A stretch of 64,000 nucleotides of DNA from Candidatus Latescibacterota bacterium (GCA_965248435.1 OZ252100.1:5376001-5440000), one strand, 5' to 3'. Positions 49,963 through 59,577 are shown, counted from the first letter of the stretch. Notes: generated by a model from the letters alone, not told the origin. A program made the numbers and translations.

Positions 49963-51309
49963 ATGCCCTACAGCGCGTGGTTTCAGTGCTTCAGGGGCTG
50001 TGAGGGGCGCTACCCCCTCACACAGATCATCTACGAATGTCCGATCTGCGGCGGACTGTTAGAGGTTAGGCACGACATGGACGCCCTCCGGACCAAATCG
50101 CCGGTCTACTGGCGGCAGTTGTTCGACCGTCGATACATGCGCACGGAGTGGCCCTACGGGAGTTCGGTGTGGGGCAAGAAGGAGATGGTCTGTCCGGTCG
50201 TGCAGGATGACAACGTTGTATCGATGTATGAGGGGGGGAGCAATCTCTTCTGGGCCGAGCGCCTCGGAGGTCAGCTCGGCCTGGCAGAACTCTGGGTGAA
50301 GCAGTGTGGGAACAGCCATACAGGTTCGTTCAAAGATCTCGGAATGACGGTGCTCCTCTCGATGGTGAAGGAGATGATTGTCAACGGACAGAGGATTCCG
50401 GCTGTGGCATGTGCCTCAACCGGTGATACCTCGGCGGCGCTTGCGGCATATTGCGCCGCTGCAGGCTTCCAGGCCATCGTCTTCCTGCCGAAGGACAAGG
50501 TCTCTCATGCACAACTGGTGCAGCCGTTGGCAAATGGAGCCCTCGTCTTGAGTCTGGATACCGATTTCGACGGGTGCATGAAGCTTGTTCAGGACCTGTG
50601 CAGCGAAGAGAACATATACCTTGCCAATTCCATGAACTCCCTCCGCGTGGAGGGACAGAAGACGATCAGTGCGGAACTGCTGCAGCAGTTTGACTGGCAG
50701 GTGCCCGATTGGATCATTATCCCAGGGGGGAACCTGGGGAACGTAAGTGCCATCGGGAAGGGATTTCTCGAGATGCAAGAGATGGGGCTAATCGAGCGTC
50801 TTCCTCGGATTGCAGTTGCCCAGAGCGCTCGAGCTAATCCGCTCTATTTGAGTTATCTCAAGAAGTTCGAACAATTCGAACCGATTCACGCGCAGCCTAC
50901 ACTGGCCAACGCCATCCGGATCGGTGACCCCGTGAGTGTCGAAAAGGCGATCAAGACTCTGAAGGCCTTCGATGGTGTTGTGGAGCAGGCATCGGAACAG
51001 GAGCTTGCCGACGCCGCGGCACGGGCAGACAGAACCGGACTCTTCACCTGTCCCCATACGGGCGTTGCCTTTGCCGTGCTTTCGAAACTCTTGGAGAACG
51101 GCGTGATCCAGGGGGATGAAAAAGTAGTTGTAATTTCAACTGCGCACGGTTTGAAGTTTACCGATGTCAAGGTGCAGTACCACGGGGATCGACTCCGTGA
51201 GGCGGGAATCACTCCCCATTATCACAACACGCCGGTGGAACTCCCCCCTGACTATGAATCCGTACGCGACCTCGTGTTTCGGGAGCTGGATGGCCGAATG
51301 AAAGGTTGA
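49963..51309 (+). CDS. thrC: threonine synthase (plant-type subfamily)
   Basis: HTGSFKDLGM (PLP lysine), CASTGDTSAAL, EGQKT, PGGNLGN. Confidence 0.93.
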   Translation: MPYSAWFQCFRGCEGRYPLTQIIYECPICGGLLEVRHDMDALRTKSPVYWRQLFDRRYMRTEWPYGSSVWGKKEMVCPVVQDDNVVSMYEGGSNLFWAERLGGQLGLAELWVKQCGNSHTGSFKDLGMTVLLSMVKEMIVNGQRIPAVACASTGDTSAALAAYCAAAGFQAIVFLPKDKVSHAQLVQPLANGALVLSLDTDFDGCMKLVQDLCSEENIYLANSMNSLRVEGQKTISAELLQQFDWQVPDWIIIPGGNLGNVSAIGKGFLEMQEMGLIERLPRIAVAQSARANPLYLSYLKKFEQFEPIHAQPTLANAIRIGDPVSVEKAIKTLKAFDGVVEQASEQELADAAARADRTGLFTCPHTGVAFAVLSKLLENGVIQGDEKVVVISTAHGLKFTDVKVQYHGDRLREAGITPHYHNTPVELPPDYESVRDLVFRELDGRMKG

Positions 51310-51334
51310 CAGAATAGAGAGATTTGCTTAGATT
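51306..51334 (+). promoter_or_regulatory. sigma70-type promoter overlapping the thrC stop
   Basis: TTGACA-17-TAGATT. Confidence 0.65.
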
Positions 51335-51358
51335 GAGCCGGGCGTTTAGTCGAATAGC

Positions 51359-51408
51359 AGTGGTGATTTGAGGCGTATTGCAGCCACTCTAAACAATTCG
51401 CTAAAAAG
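51359..51408 (+). ncRNA. SAM-II (SAM-alpha) riboswitch aptamer
   Basis: AGTGGTGATTTG..CGTATTGCAGCCACT.TAAACAATTCGCTAAA matches the recalled SAM-II consensus; P1 is AGTGG/CCACT; lies upstream of a Met biosynthesis gene. Confidence 0.88.
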
Positions 51409-51448
51409 CTGCTCGACAGCCGACGTTCGTTGGCTAGAGCAACTCGTT

Positions 51449-51479
51449 TCCCGGGCTTTTTGGCGCCCGGGATTTTTTT
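51449..51479 (+). terminator. riboswitch expression-platform terminator
   Basis: TCCCGGGC/GCCCGGGA stem + T7, just before the metB RBS. Confidence 0.8.
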
Positions 51480-51502
51480 ATGCGTAAGGAGGATAGGCGG
51501 CG

Positions 51503-52690
51503 ATGAACCAAGACGGCGAAGGCCTTTGTTCGTCCACAAAGGCTGTGCACGCAGGTGAAGACTACAGCCGTTGGGGACATTCCCTCACCGTGCCGATTGC
51601 CCAGACGTCAACCTATGTATTTGAAGACAGTCAAGCGGTCAACGACTTTGTGTCTGGACGAAAGCCCAGGCTGGATTACGGTCGGTACGGAAATCCCACG
51701 CAGCACGTTGCAGAGGCAAAGCTGGCAGCGCTGGAGGGGGCTGAAACTGCCCTGCTCTTCTCTTCTGGAATGAGCGCGATTACCACAACGCTGCTCGCAA
51801 TGCTCTCGAGCGGTCAGCACGCCGTGATTATGGACGACTGCTATCGAAAAACGGCTCAGTTCTGCAAAATAGTACTCCATAAGTTTGGGGTGGACACGAC
51901 GTTCGTACAGGCCGGGAATTATAAGGAACTGGAGTCCGCCTTTCAAGAAAACACTCGGGCCGTGGTATCTGAGTCTCCGACGAATCCACACCTGAACGTT
52001 TTGGATCTGGAAAGGCTAGTATCCGTTGCCAAGGAGAGACGCGTCAAGGTCGTGATCGACAGCACCTTCGCAACACCCTTCAATCAGCAACCCCTATCGT
52101 TCGGTGTGGACCTGGTGATCCACAGCGCCACAAAGTATCTGGGGGGGCACAACGATATCATATCAGGGGCGGTGCTCGGGGCGGAGCCGATCGTTTCGGC
52201 GATTAAGGATTACCGCGGCATCTTGGGCGGGATCCCAGATCCTCACTCGGTTTACTTGCTTGTTCGTGGCCTTAAGACATTTCCGTTACGGATGGCTCGC
52301 CAAAACGCAACGGCAGATTCGCTTGCGCGTTTCCTTGAATCGCATCCTAAAGTTCGCAGGGTCTACTATCCCACCCTCGAAAGTCACCCCCACTTCGAAA
52401 TCGCGCGGGCACAGATGCGAGGCTGCGGGGGTGTTGTGAGTTTTGACCTGGACGCAGACCTGGAACAGACCATGGCGTTTCTTGATCACTTGAAGATTCC
52501 CTGTATCGGTGCCAGCCTGGGAGGCGTAGAGAGCATCGTCTCTCATCCCGCTTCCATCTCCTACTATGAACTTTCGCGCGAGGAGCGTCTGGAAATCGGG
52601 ATCATCGATGAACTCGTCCGATACGCTGTGGGTGTGGAGGAAGCGGAGGATCTCATTGCGGACGTGGCTGGAGCCTTGGACAAGATCTAG
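51503..52690 (+). CDS. metB: cystathionine gamma-synthase (Cys/Met metabolism PLP enzyme, plant-like)
   Basis: YGRYGNPT, DCYRKT, ESPTNP, DSTFATP, HSATKYLGGHND, SLGGVES. Confidence 0.85.
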   Translation: MNQDGEGLCSSTKAVHAGEDYSRWGHSLTVPIAQTSTYVFEDSQAVNDFVSGRKPRLDYGRYGNPTQHVAEAKLAALEGAETALLFSSGMSAITTTLLAMLSSGQHAVIMDDCYRKTAQFCKIVLHKFGVDTTFVQAGNYKELESAFQENTRAVVSESPTNPHLNVLDLERLVSVAKERRVKVVIDSTFATPFNQQPLSFGVDLVIHSATKYLGGHNDIISGAVLGAEPIVSAIKDYRGILGGIPDPHSVYLLVRGLKTFPLRMARQNATADSLARFLESHPKVRRVYYPTLESHPHFEIARAQMRGCGGVVSFDLDADLEQTMAFLDHLKIPCIGASLGGVESIVSHPASISYYELSREERLEIGIIDELVRYAVGVEEAEDLIADVAGALDKI

Positions 52691-52704
52691 TACGTGGGGA
52701 GGCT

Positions 52705-53451
52705 ATGTTTCGATCGGTGTTTGAGACGTCTTTCAAGGCTCCTTTTAAGGATCCGGAATGGCTTAGAAAGGTGTTGTTAGGAGGGCTGCTCGATTTTGGA
52801 CTGATGCTATGCGTCCTTCTGGGCCTTTCCGTCAACGTACCCACGTTCGCCTACGTCGTGCTCATTCCAATCGGGCTATTCCCCAAGCTCGCGGCGTGGG
52901 GCTATCTATATCGGATCTTCATCGACGGCCTCAATGCGGCTGAATCGAGTGAGCTTCCGCACTGGCGAGATTGGAAACAGTTTTCGATCGCGGGTTTATG
53001 GTTATTCCTCATTGTTCTCGGGTATGCGTTTCTAGCGGTAGTTGGTCTGATAGCCTTCCTGAAACCCTTCGGTGTGGCGCCTACGACCGAAGACCCTGAG
53101 AATTTCGCCATACTGGTGTCCTCGTTGTTGGCCACTTTTGCAGTCTTGTCTGCATTCTTCCCGATCGCATTCGCTCGGTTCGCAGCGGAGGGAAAGGTTT
53201 GGGCGGCCTTTGATCCCGGCTCGCTCTTGAAGGACATCCGGGAGGTGGTGCGTGCGGATTATTTGCAGGCCTGTTTCGCTTTCTTCTTCCTCTGGCTGGT
53301 CGGCAACGTGCTGCTGAGTGGGCTGCCTTACATCGGACTACCGCTGGTTTCGATCTATCTCTTCTACATCATCGCGGTTTTCGCCCGGATTTTCGGCAGG
53401 GTGATTGGCGTAGAGGGTCAGCAGGCACGCCGTAGAGCGCAGCTGCAATAG
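52705..53451 (+). CDS. DUF4013-like membrane protein
   Basis: PFKDPEWLRKVLLG, GY, LPHW.DW; multi-TM. Confidence 0.65.
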   Translation: MFRSVFETSFKAPFKDPEWLRKVLLGGLLDFGLMLCVLLGLSVNVPTFAYVVLIPIGLFPKLAAWGYLYRIFIDGLNAAESSELPHWRDWKQFSIAGLWLFLIVLGYAFLAVVGLIAFLKPFGVAPTTEDPENFAILVSSLLATFAVLSAFFPIAFARFAAEGKVWAAFDPGSLLKDIREVVRADYLQACFAFFFLWLVGNVLLSGLPYIGLPLVSIYLFYIIAVFARIFGRVIGVEGQQARRRAQLQ

Positions 53452-53461
53452 CTACTAAAAA

Positions 53462-53497
53462 ATAAAAACCCCCGCTGAAACAAACGGGGGTTTTTAT
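53462..53497. terminator. bidirectional intrinsic terminator
   Basis: ATAAAAACCCCCG/CGGGGGTTTTTAT between convergent genes. Confidence 0.85.
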
Positions 53498-53512
53498 ACT
53501 ACTATCTTTCTG

Positions 53513-54598
53513 TCAGAATCGGTGACCGAATCCGGCCTGAAAGTTCATTGCGGACAGCTTGATCGCACGGTCTGCGGTCGATCCGTCCCATCGGGTGGCC
53601 TGGAGTCGGAGGGTGCGGTTTCTTCCCAGCGATAGCAGAAAGCCTCCGCCACCACCCCAGAGTCGAGCGCGCCCGATGTGCAGCGGATGATTTGCCGCGT
53701 AGGCATTGGCACTCAGGTGTTTCAAATGACCCTCTCCAACGACGGTCAGGAATGAGATGGGGGTCCATAAACCTTCCAGATGGATACGGAAATCGTTGCC
53801 GTTGCTGTCGCGAGTTTCATAGAGGAAGAGGCCCCCCGCCAGGTCCTGGTTCTTTAATCTCACGATTTCGGTGATCTCGGCTTTGAGCTGGATCCGTTCG
53901 CCTTGCAGGTGCACGCTGGATTGAACGAGGGCTTGTTTTGCGTGCTGAAAGATGACTGTGCCGTCGAGGCGGTCCGTTAGATAGACGGTACCCATCACAC
54001 TGATCCGGTAGACGAACCGCTTCCAGGTATAGTCCATACCGAAGGTCATCGAGGCTTCGTCGCCCGGCTTGTAGTCAGAAAGGCCTTCGACCGGCTCGTA
54101 CGCACCTTTTCGAAAGTAGCCCAGCCCCAAACTAAGGCTGAAATGTCCGGACTGCAGCGCGCCGCTTATCGTCCCTCCTAAGTCTAGTCCCTGCCCGAGT
54201 GTCCTCACCGGAAAATTAAGGTCGTTTCGAGACAGTTGGCGTGCCAGGGAGGCCTCCGTTTCATCAAGCGCCCGCTTCCCGGTAGGCATCGTCGTGTAGA
54301 GGCTTATCAGACCTTTTCCCCACAAATTCCAGACGCCACTCAGGTGCGTGTCGAGCGTGGTCCAGACCTCCTGTGATGTCGACCCGCTCTGCTGGACGTA
54401 GATCACCGCGCTTCGAATGTTCACGCTTCCACCGGCAAAAGGAATCCGATAGCGCAGGGGTGAGACCCACTGACGAATTCGGGTTGAAGTCCCACCTTCT
54501 TTGAGCGTCACTTGATGGAGATACCCTCCAAAAAGGCTCCCGCCCAGGGCCGGGCTCGACCAACTCAGGAAAAGGATGAAGAGGCACGTACGTTTCAC
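53513..54598 (-). CDS. putative outer-membrane beta-barrel protein
   Basis: Signal peptide; amphipathic strands; PTGK and YKPGDE motifs; terminal AGFGHRF. Confidence 0.6.
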   Translation of the reverse strand: MKRTCLFILFLSWSSPALGGSLFGGYLHQVTLKEGGTSTRIRQWVSPLRYRIPFAGGSVNIRSAVIYVQQSGSTSQEVWTTLDTHLSGVWNLWGKGLISLYTTMPTGKRALDETEASLARQLSRNDLNFPVRTLGQGLDLGGTISGALQSGHFSLSLGLGYFRKGAYEPVEGLSDYKPGDEASMTFGMDYTWKRFVYRISVMGTVYLTDRLDGTVIFQHAKQALVQSSVHLQGERIQLKAEITEIVRLKNQDLAGGLFLYETRDSNGNDFRIHLEGLWTPISFLTVVGEGHLKHLSANAYAANHPLHIGRARLWGGGGGFLLSLGRNRTLRLQATRWDGSTADRAIKLSAMNFQAGFGHRF

Positions 54599-55797
54599 GG
54601 TCCGACCTCTGTGCTCGGTGGTTTGAATGGATTCAGACTCTCGGCCCCTGAATACGTACCTGGAATCGCTGCCGTGAGTGTATGCGTTGTCGCCAGCCGA
54701 CTTTTGACCGCGGCAGCGGGGTCAGGTTTTGTCAAGAGATCGCGATAAAGTCCCGCGAACTCGGGCCCTTCCTGCTCTCCCTCAAGATCGAGACGCACCC
54801 AGCGAAGGGTTCGGGCAACCAGATCAGAATTCTGGTCCAGTGCCCGAGCGTCTTCCAGATGCTCGTAGGCGTGCAAGGATTTCCCCGAAAGGTAGAGCAG
54901 TAGACCCTGGGTGTGGAGGTGGAACGCCAGGGGTGACTCGATTGAAGTAAGAGGGAGGCGTTCCGATCGTGAGACCTCGAGACCTGCCTCTGCCTCCTTC
55001 AGGAGTGCGGTGTGCAACTCGAAGAGGTTCTTTAAACTCCCGGAAACGGGCGGCGCCTGAAAAACGGTCTGCCCTTCAGAGTCCAGGACTCGGAGGGTGA
55101 CCTGGATTCCGTCCCGGCCCAGATCGATCAGTGTCCCGGTCAGCGTTCGCCCAGCCCCAACCCATCTCGCAAAGTCGGCAGGCTCACCATCGGGAAAGGC
55201 ATCCTGGAACGCGTAACTCAGTGTGTGAAGCCCGAAGGGGTCTATCTGAGGCGGACCGGATCGTCTCTCCAGATCGTGGAGGATGAGATCGATGAGGCCG
55301 AGTGATAAGGCCGATGGCGAGGCCAAACCCCTCACCCGAAACGGAAAGGCGGCGATTCGATCTCCTGAAAGAGGAGGTGGAGCGTCCGATTCGAGGACGC
55401 GCAGGGCCGCTCGTTTTGCCGCCATCCTGCTCAGGTATTGGATCCTTCGGTTGATGCGGTCTGGCAGATCGGTCGCCGGTCGAAGGGGTGTCGCGCGACG
55501 GTATTCAGGTATCGCAAGGTCTGGTCTTGACAATCCTGTGTCGTAGATGAGGCCCAGGAGGAAGGCAAGTCGGGGATCTGTCTTCCTCTTCTCGGTGGCC
55601 ATGTAGGCATATCGAAGAGCACGGATGTAGTCCCGCTCGCCATAGTGTGAGAAGGCAAGGGATTCCAACTTGCCCGCGCTCAGGCCGGATTCTCTCCGGA
55701 GCGGACCGCCCTGGACCACGTGGTGGTTTCCGCACCCAAACAAGACGCACAGCAGTAAGGACTTTTGGAGGTGGCGCGTCGGCATCCTAAATGTCAT
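54595..55797 (-). CDS. TPR lipoprotein with CsgG/FlgO-like alpha-beta domain
   Basis: Lipobox-like LFGC; TPR helices; IAAFPF..VGAGRTLTGT..QVTLRVLD. Confidence 0.55.
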   Translation of the reverse strand: MTFRMPTRHLQKSLLLCVLFGCGNHHVVQGGPLRRESGLSAGKLESLAFSHYGERDYIRALRYAYMATEKRKTDPRLAFLLGLIYDTGLSRPDLAIPEYRRATPLRPATDLPDRINRRIQYLSRMAAKRAALRVLESDAPPPLSGDRIAAFPFRVRGLASPSALSLGLIDLILHDLERRSGPPQIDPFGLHTLSYAFQDAFPDGEPADFARWVGAGRTLTGTLIDLGRDGIQVTLRVLDSEGQTVFQAPPVSGSLKNLFELHTALLKEAEAGLEVSRSERLPLTSIESPLAFHLHTQGLLLYLSGKSLHAYEHLEDARALDQNSDLVARTLRWVRLDLEGEQEGPEFAGLYRDLLTKPDPAAAVKSRLATTHTLTAAIPGTYSGAESLNPFKPPSTEVGP

Positions 55798-55932
55798 TGC
55801 AGGTGTTCGATCCTATTCTGAAATTTCTTCTAGGTCCTTGCTCTTACATAACTTATCGACCGGGATGTCAAACACTTAAGCGGGAAGAGAGCGGAATTCG
55901 GGAGGCCCTTCGAGGGGCGGACTGACGAGGGG

Positions 55933-57699
55933 TCATTTCGGTTGAGCTTGAGGATCTCCTTCGGGTAAGCGCAAGGTGAACTTGGAGCCTAAATCCTCGG
56001 TGCTCTCGACCTGTATCTCACCCCCGTGGGCCTCCGTGATCCCCTTGACAATCGCCAGACCGAGGCCGGTTCCCTTTTCTTTCTCCACATCTGGGCGGTC
56101 CACGCGGTAGAACTTTTCAAAGATCCTTTTGCGGTCCTGCTCCGGGATGCCGATCCCGTTGTCTTCAACGTCTATCGTCACCCAGCCCTGGCGCATCTCG
56201 CAGGACAGACGGACTTCACCTCCCGGGGGCGTGTACTTGATCGCGTTGTCCAGAATATTTACGAACACCTGTTGGAGCTGTTCCGGATCAGCAGTGAGAT
56301 GCACCTCAGGGAAGACATCACTCCAAGTCAGTTTGACGCCTTTTTTCTCCGAAATGGGCGTCACTTCTTCAAGGGCCCTCTTGAGAATGGGCGCCAAGGC
56401 GAGTGACTGCATGCTGGGCATCAGCCGTCCGGCATCGAGTCGAGAAAAGCTGAGGAGTTGCTCGATCAGGATTGAGAGCCTCTGGTTGTCTTCACGGATG
56501 ATGCGGAGGAGCTTTTGCACGGTCCCCTCCGCTTTCTCCTTGACGAGTTCTGATAAGGACTCGGCAGACCATCTCATAGAAGTGAGCGGTGTGCGGAGTT
56601 CGTGAGAGACCGTGTTGAGAAAATCTGTCTTAAGCTTGTCGAGTTCCTGGAGACTCCGATTCGCTTCAAGGATTTCCTCTTTAGCGCGGCGGCTCTCCGT
56701 GATGTCTCGAATCAACAGGTAGATGGCATTCTTACCCGAGTATTCGATGGGGCACGCCCGAAGGTCCACAGGTGTGCGTCCCCCATCCACGGTGAGCAGG
56801 TCTAGGTCGCTTCGCTCGACTACCTCATTGGACGCTATGCTGTGGAGCAGACCTTCAAGCAGGTGCCGTTGTTCTGGAACCCAAAGGTCTTCCAGATTTT
56901 TTCCAAGGAGGCCTTCCTGTGCCGTTCGGAATAGAACCCCAGCCTGTGCATTCGCGTCGAGGATGGATCCGTCATGATCTGCGACGATGATGGGCGCAGA
57001 GTTCTGAACAAGGACGCGGTTCCTGGCTTCGGACCTGCTGATGTGACTCTCGTAGCGCTCGACCAGCCACCCGACGAAAACCCAGGTCCCGGCGGCCGCA
57101 ACCGATACAAACCCGATTCCTATGCCGATGAGGGTCTTGCGAAGCCTATCCAGACGCAGGCTCACCGGCCTGTAGGATTGATGCACGCACAGGTAAGTCA
57201 TCCACTCTGGCAACCACCTGCTCACAATGATGTCCGACTCTGTTCGGTATGCGCCGCCCTGTTCGGTCGTATTCGGATTTTGAAGGCTGCGCATATCAGG
57301 TGAGAGAGACCCCAGAAGGGATGTTGGCCTATATGTATCAAGACGAACCTGCATGCCCACAAACTCCCGCCTAGGATGCGCAAGGACGCGCCCGTTCTTG
57401 TCCAGTACACACGCAAACCCCTTCCATCCCTTTGCCTTCAGGCCCTCGAGTACCTGCTGTACTTGACCGATGGCCAAGTCGGGATCCTTATACTCCCGGG
57501 TCAGCTGATTGAAGATTATCCTCAGGTTTTCCCCGATCATCTCGTTGTCCTCTGCGACCTGCTGCTCTAGACTGGACTGCATCAGGCGAACCGCGTAGGA
57601 AGCAGAGAGTAGACCCAGACACATGATCAGTGCCGAGACCGATATGGAGGCATAGAGCTGGAGTTTGCGTTTGTCTCGAATCGTGGGTTTGAATGTCAT
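55933..57699 (-). CDS. PAS-domain sensor histidine kinase
   Basis: 2 TMs with a Cache-like loop, PAS, SHELRTPL, NILDNAIKY, DNGIG, GTGLGL. Confidence 0.92.
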   Translation of the reverse strand: MTFKPTIRDKRKLQLYASISVSALIMCLGLLSASYAVRLMQSSLEQQVAEDNEMIGENLRIIFNQLTREYKDPDLAIGQVQQVLEGLKAKGWKGFACVLDKNGRVLAHPRREFVGMQVRLDTYRPTSLLGSLSPDMRSLQNPNTTEQGGAYRTESDIIVSRWLPEWMTYLCVHQSYRPVSLRLDRLRKTLIGIGIGFVSVAAAGTWVFVGWLVERYESHISRSEARNRVLVQNSAPIIVADHDGSILDANAQAGVLFRTAQEGLLGKNLEDLWVPEQRHLLEGLLHSIASNEVVERSDLDLLTVDGGRTPVDLRACPIEYSGKNAIYLLIRDITESRRAKEEILEANRSLQELDKLKTDFLNTVSHELRTPLTSMRWSAESLSELVKEKAEGTVQKLLRIIREDNQRLSILIEQLLSFSRLDAGRLMPSMQSLALAPILKRALEEVTPISEKKGVKLTWSDVFPEVHLTADPEQLQQVFVNILDNAIKYTPPGGEVRLSCEMRQGWVTIDVEDNGIGIPEQDRKRIFEKFYRVDRPDVEKEKGTGLGLAIVKGITEAHGGEIQVESTEDLGSKFTLRLPEGDPQAQPK

Positions 57700-57817
57700 C
57701 GTAAGGTTACCTGAAGCCGGGATCGAGGTCTTTGTCAGGGCATATCGATGGTTGGGTATAAAACAAGCCGGAACCCCTGAAAAAGATCCCGGCTCAAAAT
57801 GTAGGAAGCTAGACGTG

Positions 57818-58732
57818 TCAGATTAAGCTCCAGGCCGTGTCGAGTACGCGTTTGGCATTGGCAACCACGGTTTCAGGGGACTCTCCCTCCATGGGTCCAA
57901 CCTCAAAGCTGAGAATGGGGCATTTGTTTGGGTCGAGAAATCCGATATTGAGGAGTTCTGTGAGAAACTCGGCAAGTTCCTCAACATCATTTTCGCCATC
58001 TTCACATCCAAATCGCGGGTGGTTGTCCCCATAGGCGGGATGTTCCGGGTTCCGCATTACGCAGTTGCCGATATGCGCGTGGACGAGATGGTCTCGCGCA
58101 AGCCCCAGGGCGTAAGCCGGACTTTCTCCCTGGAGGGGTAAGTGACTCAGGTCAAGCATGAGACCAAAGTTTGGGTATTCCTTGCGGACCTTCAAAGATA
58201 CTTCAACGCCCAATGCGTTGGGTCCCACGAGACAGTTCTTGCCATAGGGGACTCGGTCGAATGTCTCGAGAATGATGTTCACGTCCTTTGATCCCGCATA
58301 ATCACAGAGGCGCTTCAGAGAGTCGACCAGCAGGTTTGAGGCGAGGTCCCGATCCGTGGGACCGGGGTCGGGTCCGGAGAGTAAGGCCACACCCTCTGCG
58401 CCGAATTCCTCGGCCTGGTCAATTCCTCCCTTTACGGCATCAATCGCCTGGAGTCTATGGGACTCATCCAGCGAATTCAAGTCGAGTTTGTTCCCCAACA
58501 GGATGGGCTGCGCCCCGAAAGCGACATCCAGGTGTGCGGTTTCGAGCAGTTGGATGGCCTTCGACCTGGTGTGGGGATCCTTCATCTGAGTGATTTCAAC
58601 GGCCTGAAAGTATGGGTCCTGTGCGATTTTTTCCAGGGATTCTAGGATTGGGCCCTCTCCGCCCATACAAGCCTTGTAGGCCATAAAGTGCACAAGCCCT
58701 ATCCGCGCATAGCCTTGAATGGGTTCGGTCAT
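57818..58732 (-). CDS. sugar phosphate isomerase/epimerase (xylose isomerase-like TIM barrel)
   Basis: ILETFD, LDLSH, HAHIGN, SFEV; ATG 58732 after AAGGAG. Confidence 0.82.
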   Translation of the reverse strand: MTEPIQGYARIGLVHFMAYKACMGGEGPILESLEKIAQDPYFQAVEITQMKDPHTRSKAIQLLETAHLDVAFGAQPILLGNKLDLNSLDESHRLQAIDAVKGGIDQAEEFGAEGVALLSGPDPGPTDRDLASNLLVDSLKRLCDYAGSKDVNIILETFDRVPYGKNCLVGPNALGVEVSLKVRKEYPNFGLMLDLSHLPLQGESPAYALGLARDHLVHAHIGNCVMRNPEHPAYGDNHPRFGCEDGENDVEELAEFLTELLNIGFLDPNKCPILSFEVGPMEGESPETVVANAKRVLDTAWSLI

Positions 58733-58778
58733 CAGGTCAGACTCCTTTAATCTTTGAGTATCAGGTCTCGTAGAAATG

Positions 58779-58807
58779 AAACTACCAATTCGGGGATGGG
58801 TTGTCAA
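58779..58807 (-). promoter_or_regulatory. sigma70-type promoter
   Basis: Minus strand TTGACA-17-TAGTTT. Confidence 0.6.
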
Positions 58808-58839
58808 ACACCAATTAAGGAGAATAAGGGCTTTCCTCC

Positions 58840-58868
58840 TTGACTTTTCGAGGGGTGTCTAGTATAAT
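58840..58868 (+). promoter_or_regulatory. sigma70-type promoter of tRNA-Tyr
   Basis: TTGACT-17-TATAAT. Confidence 0.8.
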
Positions 58869-58891
58869 TTGCCCTGTTCTGGAACGGAGAT

Positions 58892-58977
58892 GGGGGGTTA
58901 CCGAAGCGGTCAAACGGGGCAGACTGTAAATCTGTTGGCGCATGCCTTCGGTGGTTCGAATCCGCCACCCCCCACCA
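58892..58977 (+). tRNA. tRNA-Tyr(GTA)
   Basis: GGGGGGT/ACCCCCC acceptor stem, CTGTAAA loop, long variable arm, GGTTCGAATCC, CCA. Confidence 0.97.
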
Positions 58978-58996
58978 GATTCACTCTGAAGAAATG

Positions 58997-59028
58997 AATC
59001 CCTCCTTGTCAGGAGGGGTTTCTTTTTT
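58997..59028 (+). terminator. terminator after tRNA-Tyr
   Basis: CCCCTCCT/AGGAGGGG stem + T run. Confidence 0.75.
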
Positions 59029-59192
59029 GACCAGAAGTGGGATGCCAGGCGAACGAAGTGATGCCGAGGGTCGAGTATCCCAGAAAATCCTTGACTTTAT
59101 AAGGGATTTTTAATATTTTGTCTAATCTCGAAAAGATTCTGGATAACTTCGCCTGGTTCTTATTCGTAAGTATTTGTTATTTATAGATTTGT

Positions 59193-59269
59193 GCGGGAAT
59201 AGCTCAGTTGGCTAGAGCATCAGCCTTCCAAGCTGAGGGTCGCGGGTTCGAGTCCCGTTTCCCGCTCCA
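59193..59269 (+). tRNA. tRNA-Gly(TCC)
   Basis: GCGGGAA..CTTCCAA..GGTTCGAGTCC..TTCCCGCTCCA. Confidence 0.97.
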
Positions 59270-59301
59270 AGCTGCCTTCCGCAGATTGGTCTTTTATCGC
59301 T

Positions 59302-59377
<76 letters not shown>

Positions 59378-59415
59378 GACAAATCCGGAGCCTTCATTTC
59401 AGGTAGGAGTCTGTT

Positions 59416-59568
59416 TTGCCGCGGGAGCTGATCATTTTGGCGTGCAACGATTGTTCACGCCGGAATTACACGACGGACAAGAACCGAAGGCTGCATCCTG
59501 ACCGGGTGGCCTTCAAGAAATATTGTAAATTCTGCCGGACGCATACCGAGCATCGGGAGACGCGCTAA
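59416..59568 (+). CDS. rpmG: 50S ribosomal protein L33 (zinc-binding form; absent from the ORF track)
   Basis: TTG start after GGAG; translates as [50 protein letters not shown]. Confidence 0.95.
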   Translation: MPRELIILACNDCSRRNYTTDKNRRLHPDRVAFKKYCKFCRTHTEHRETR

Positions 59569-59577
59569 TCATGGCAT

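Noticed and set aside
51368-51487. 39-codon leader peptide upstream of metB
   Set aside because: It has no Met/Cys/Thr run or good RBS, and the SAM-II aptamer explains the region better.
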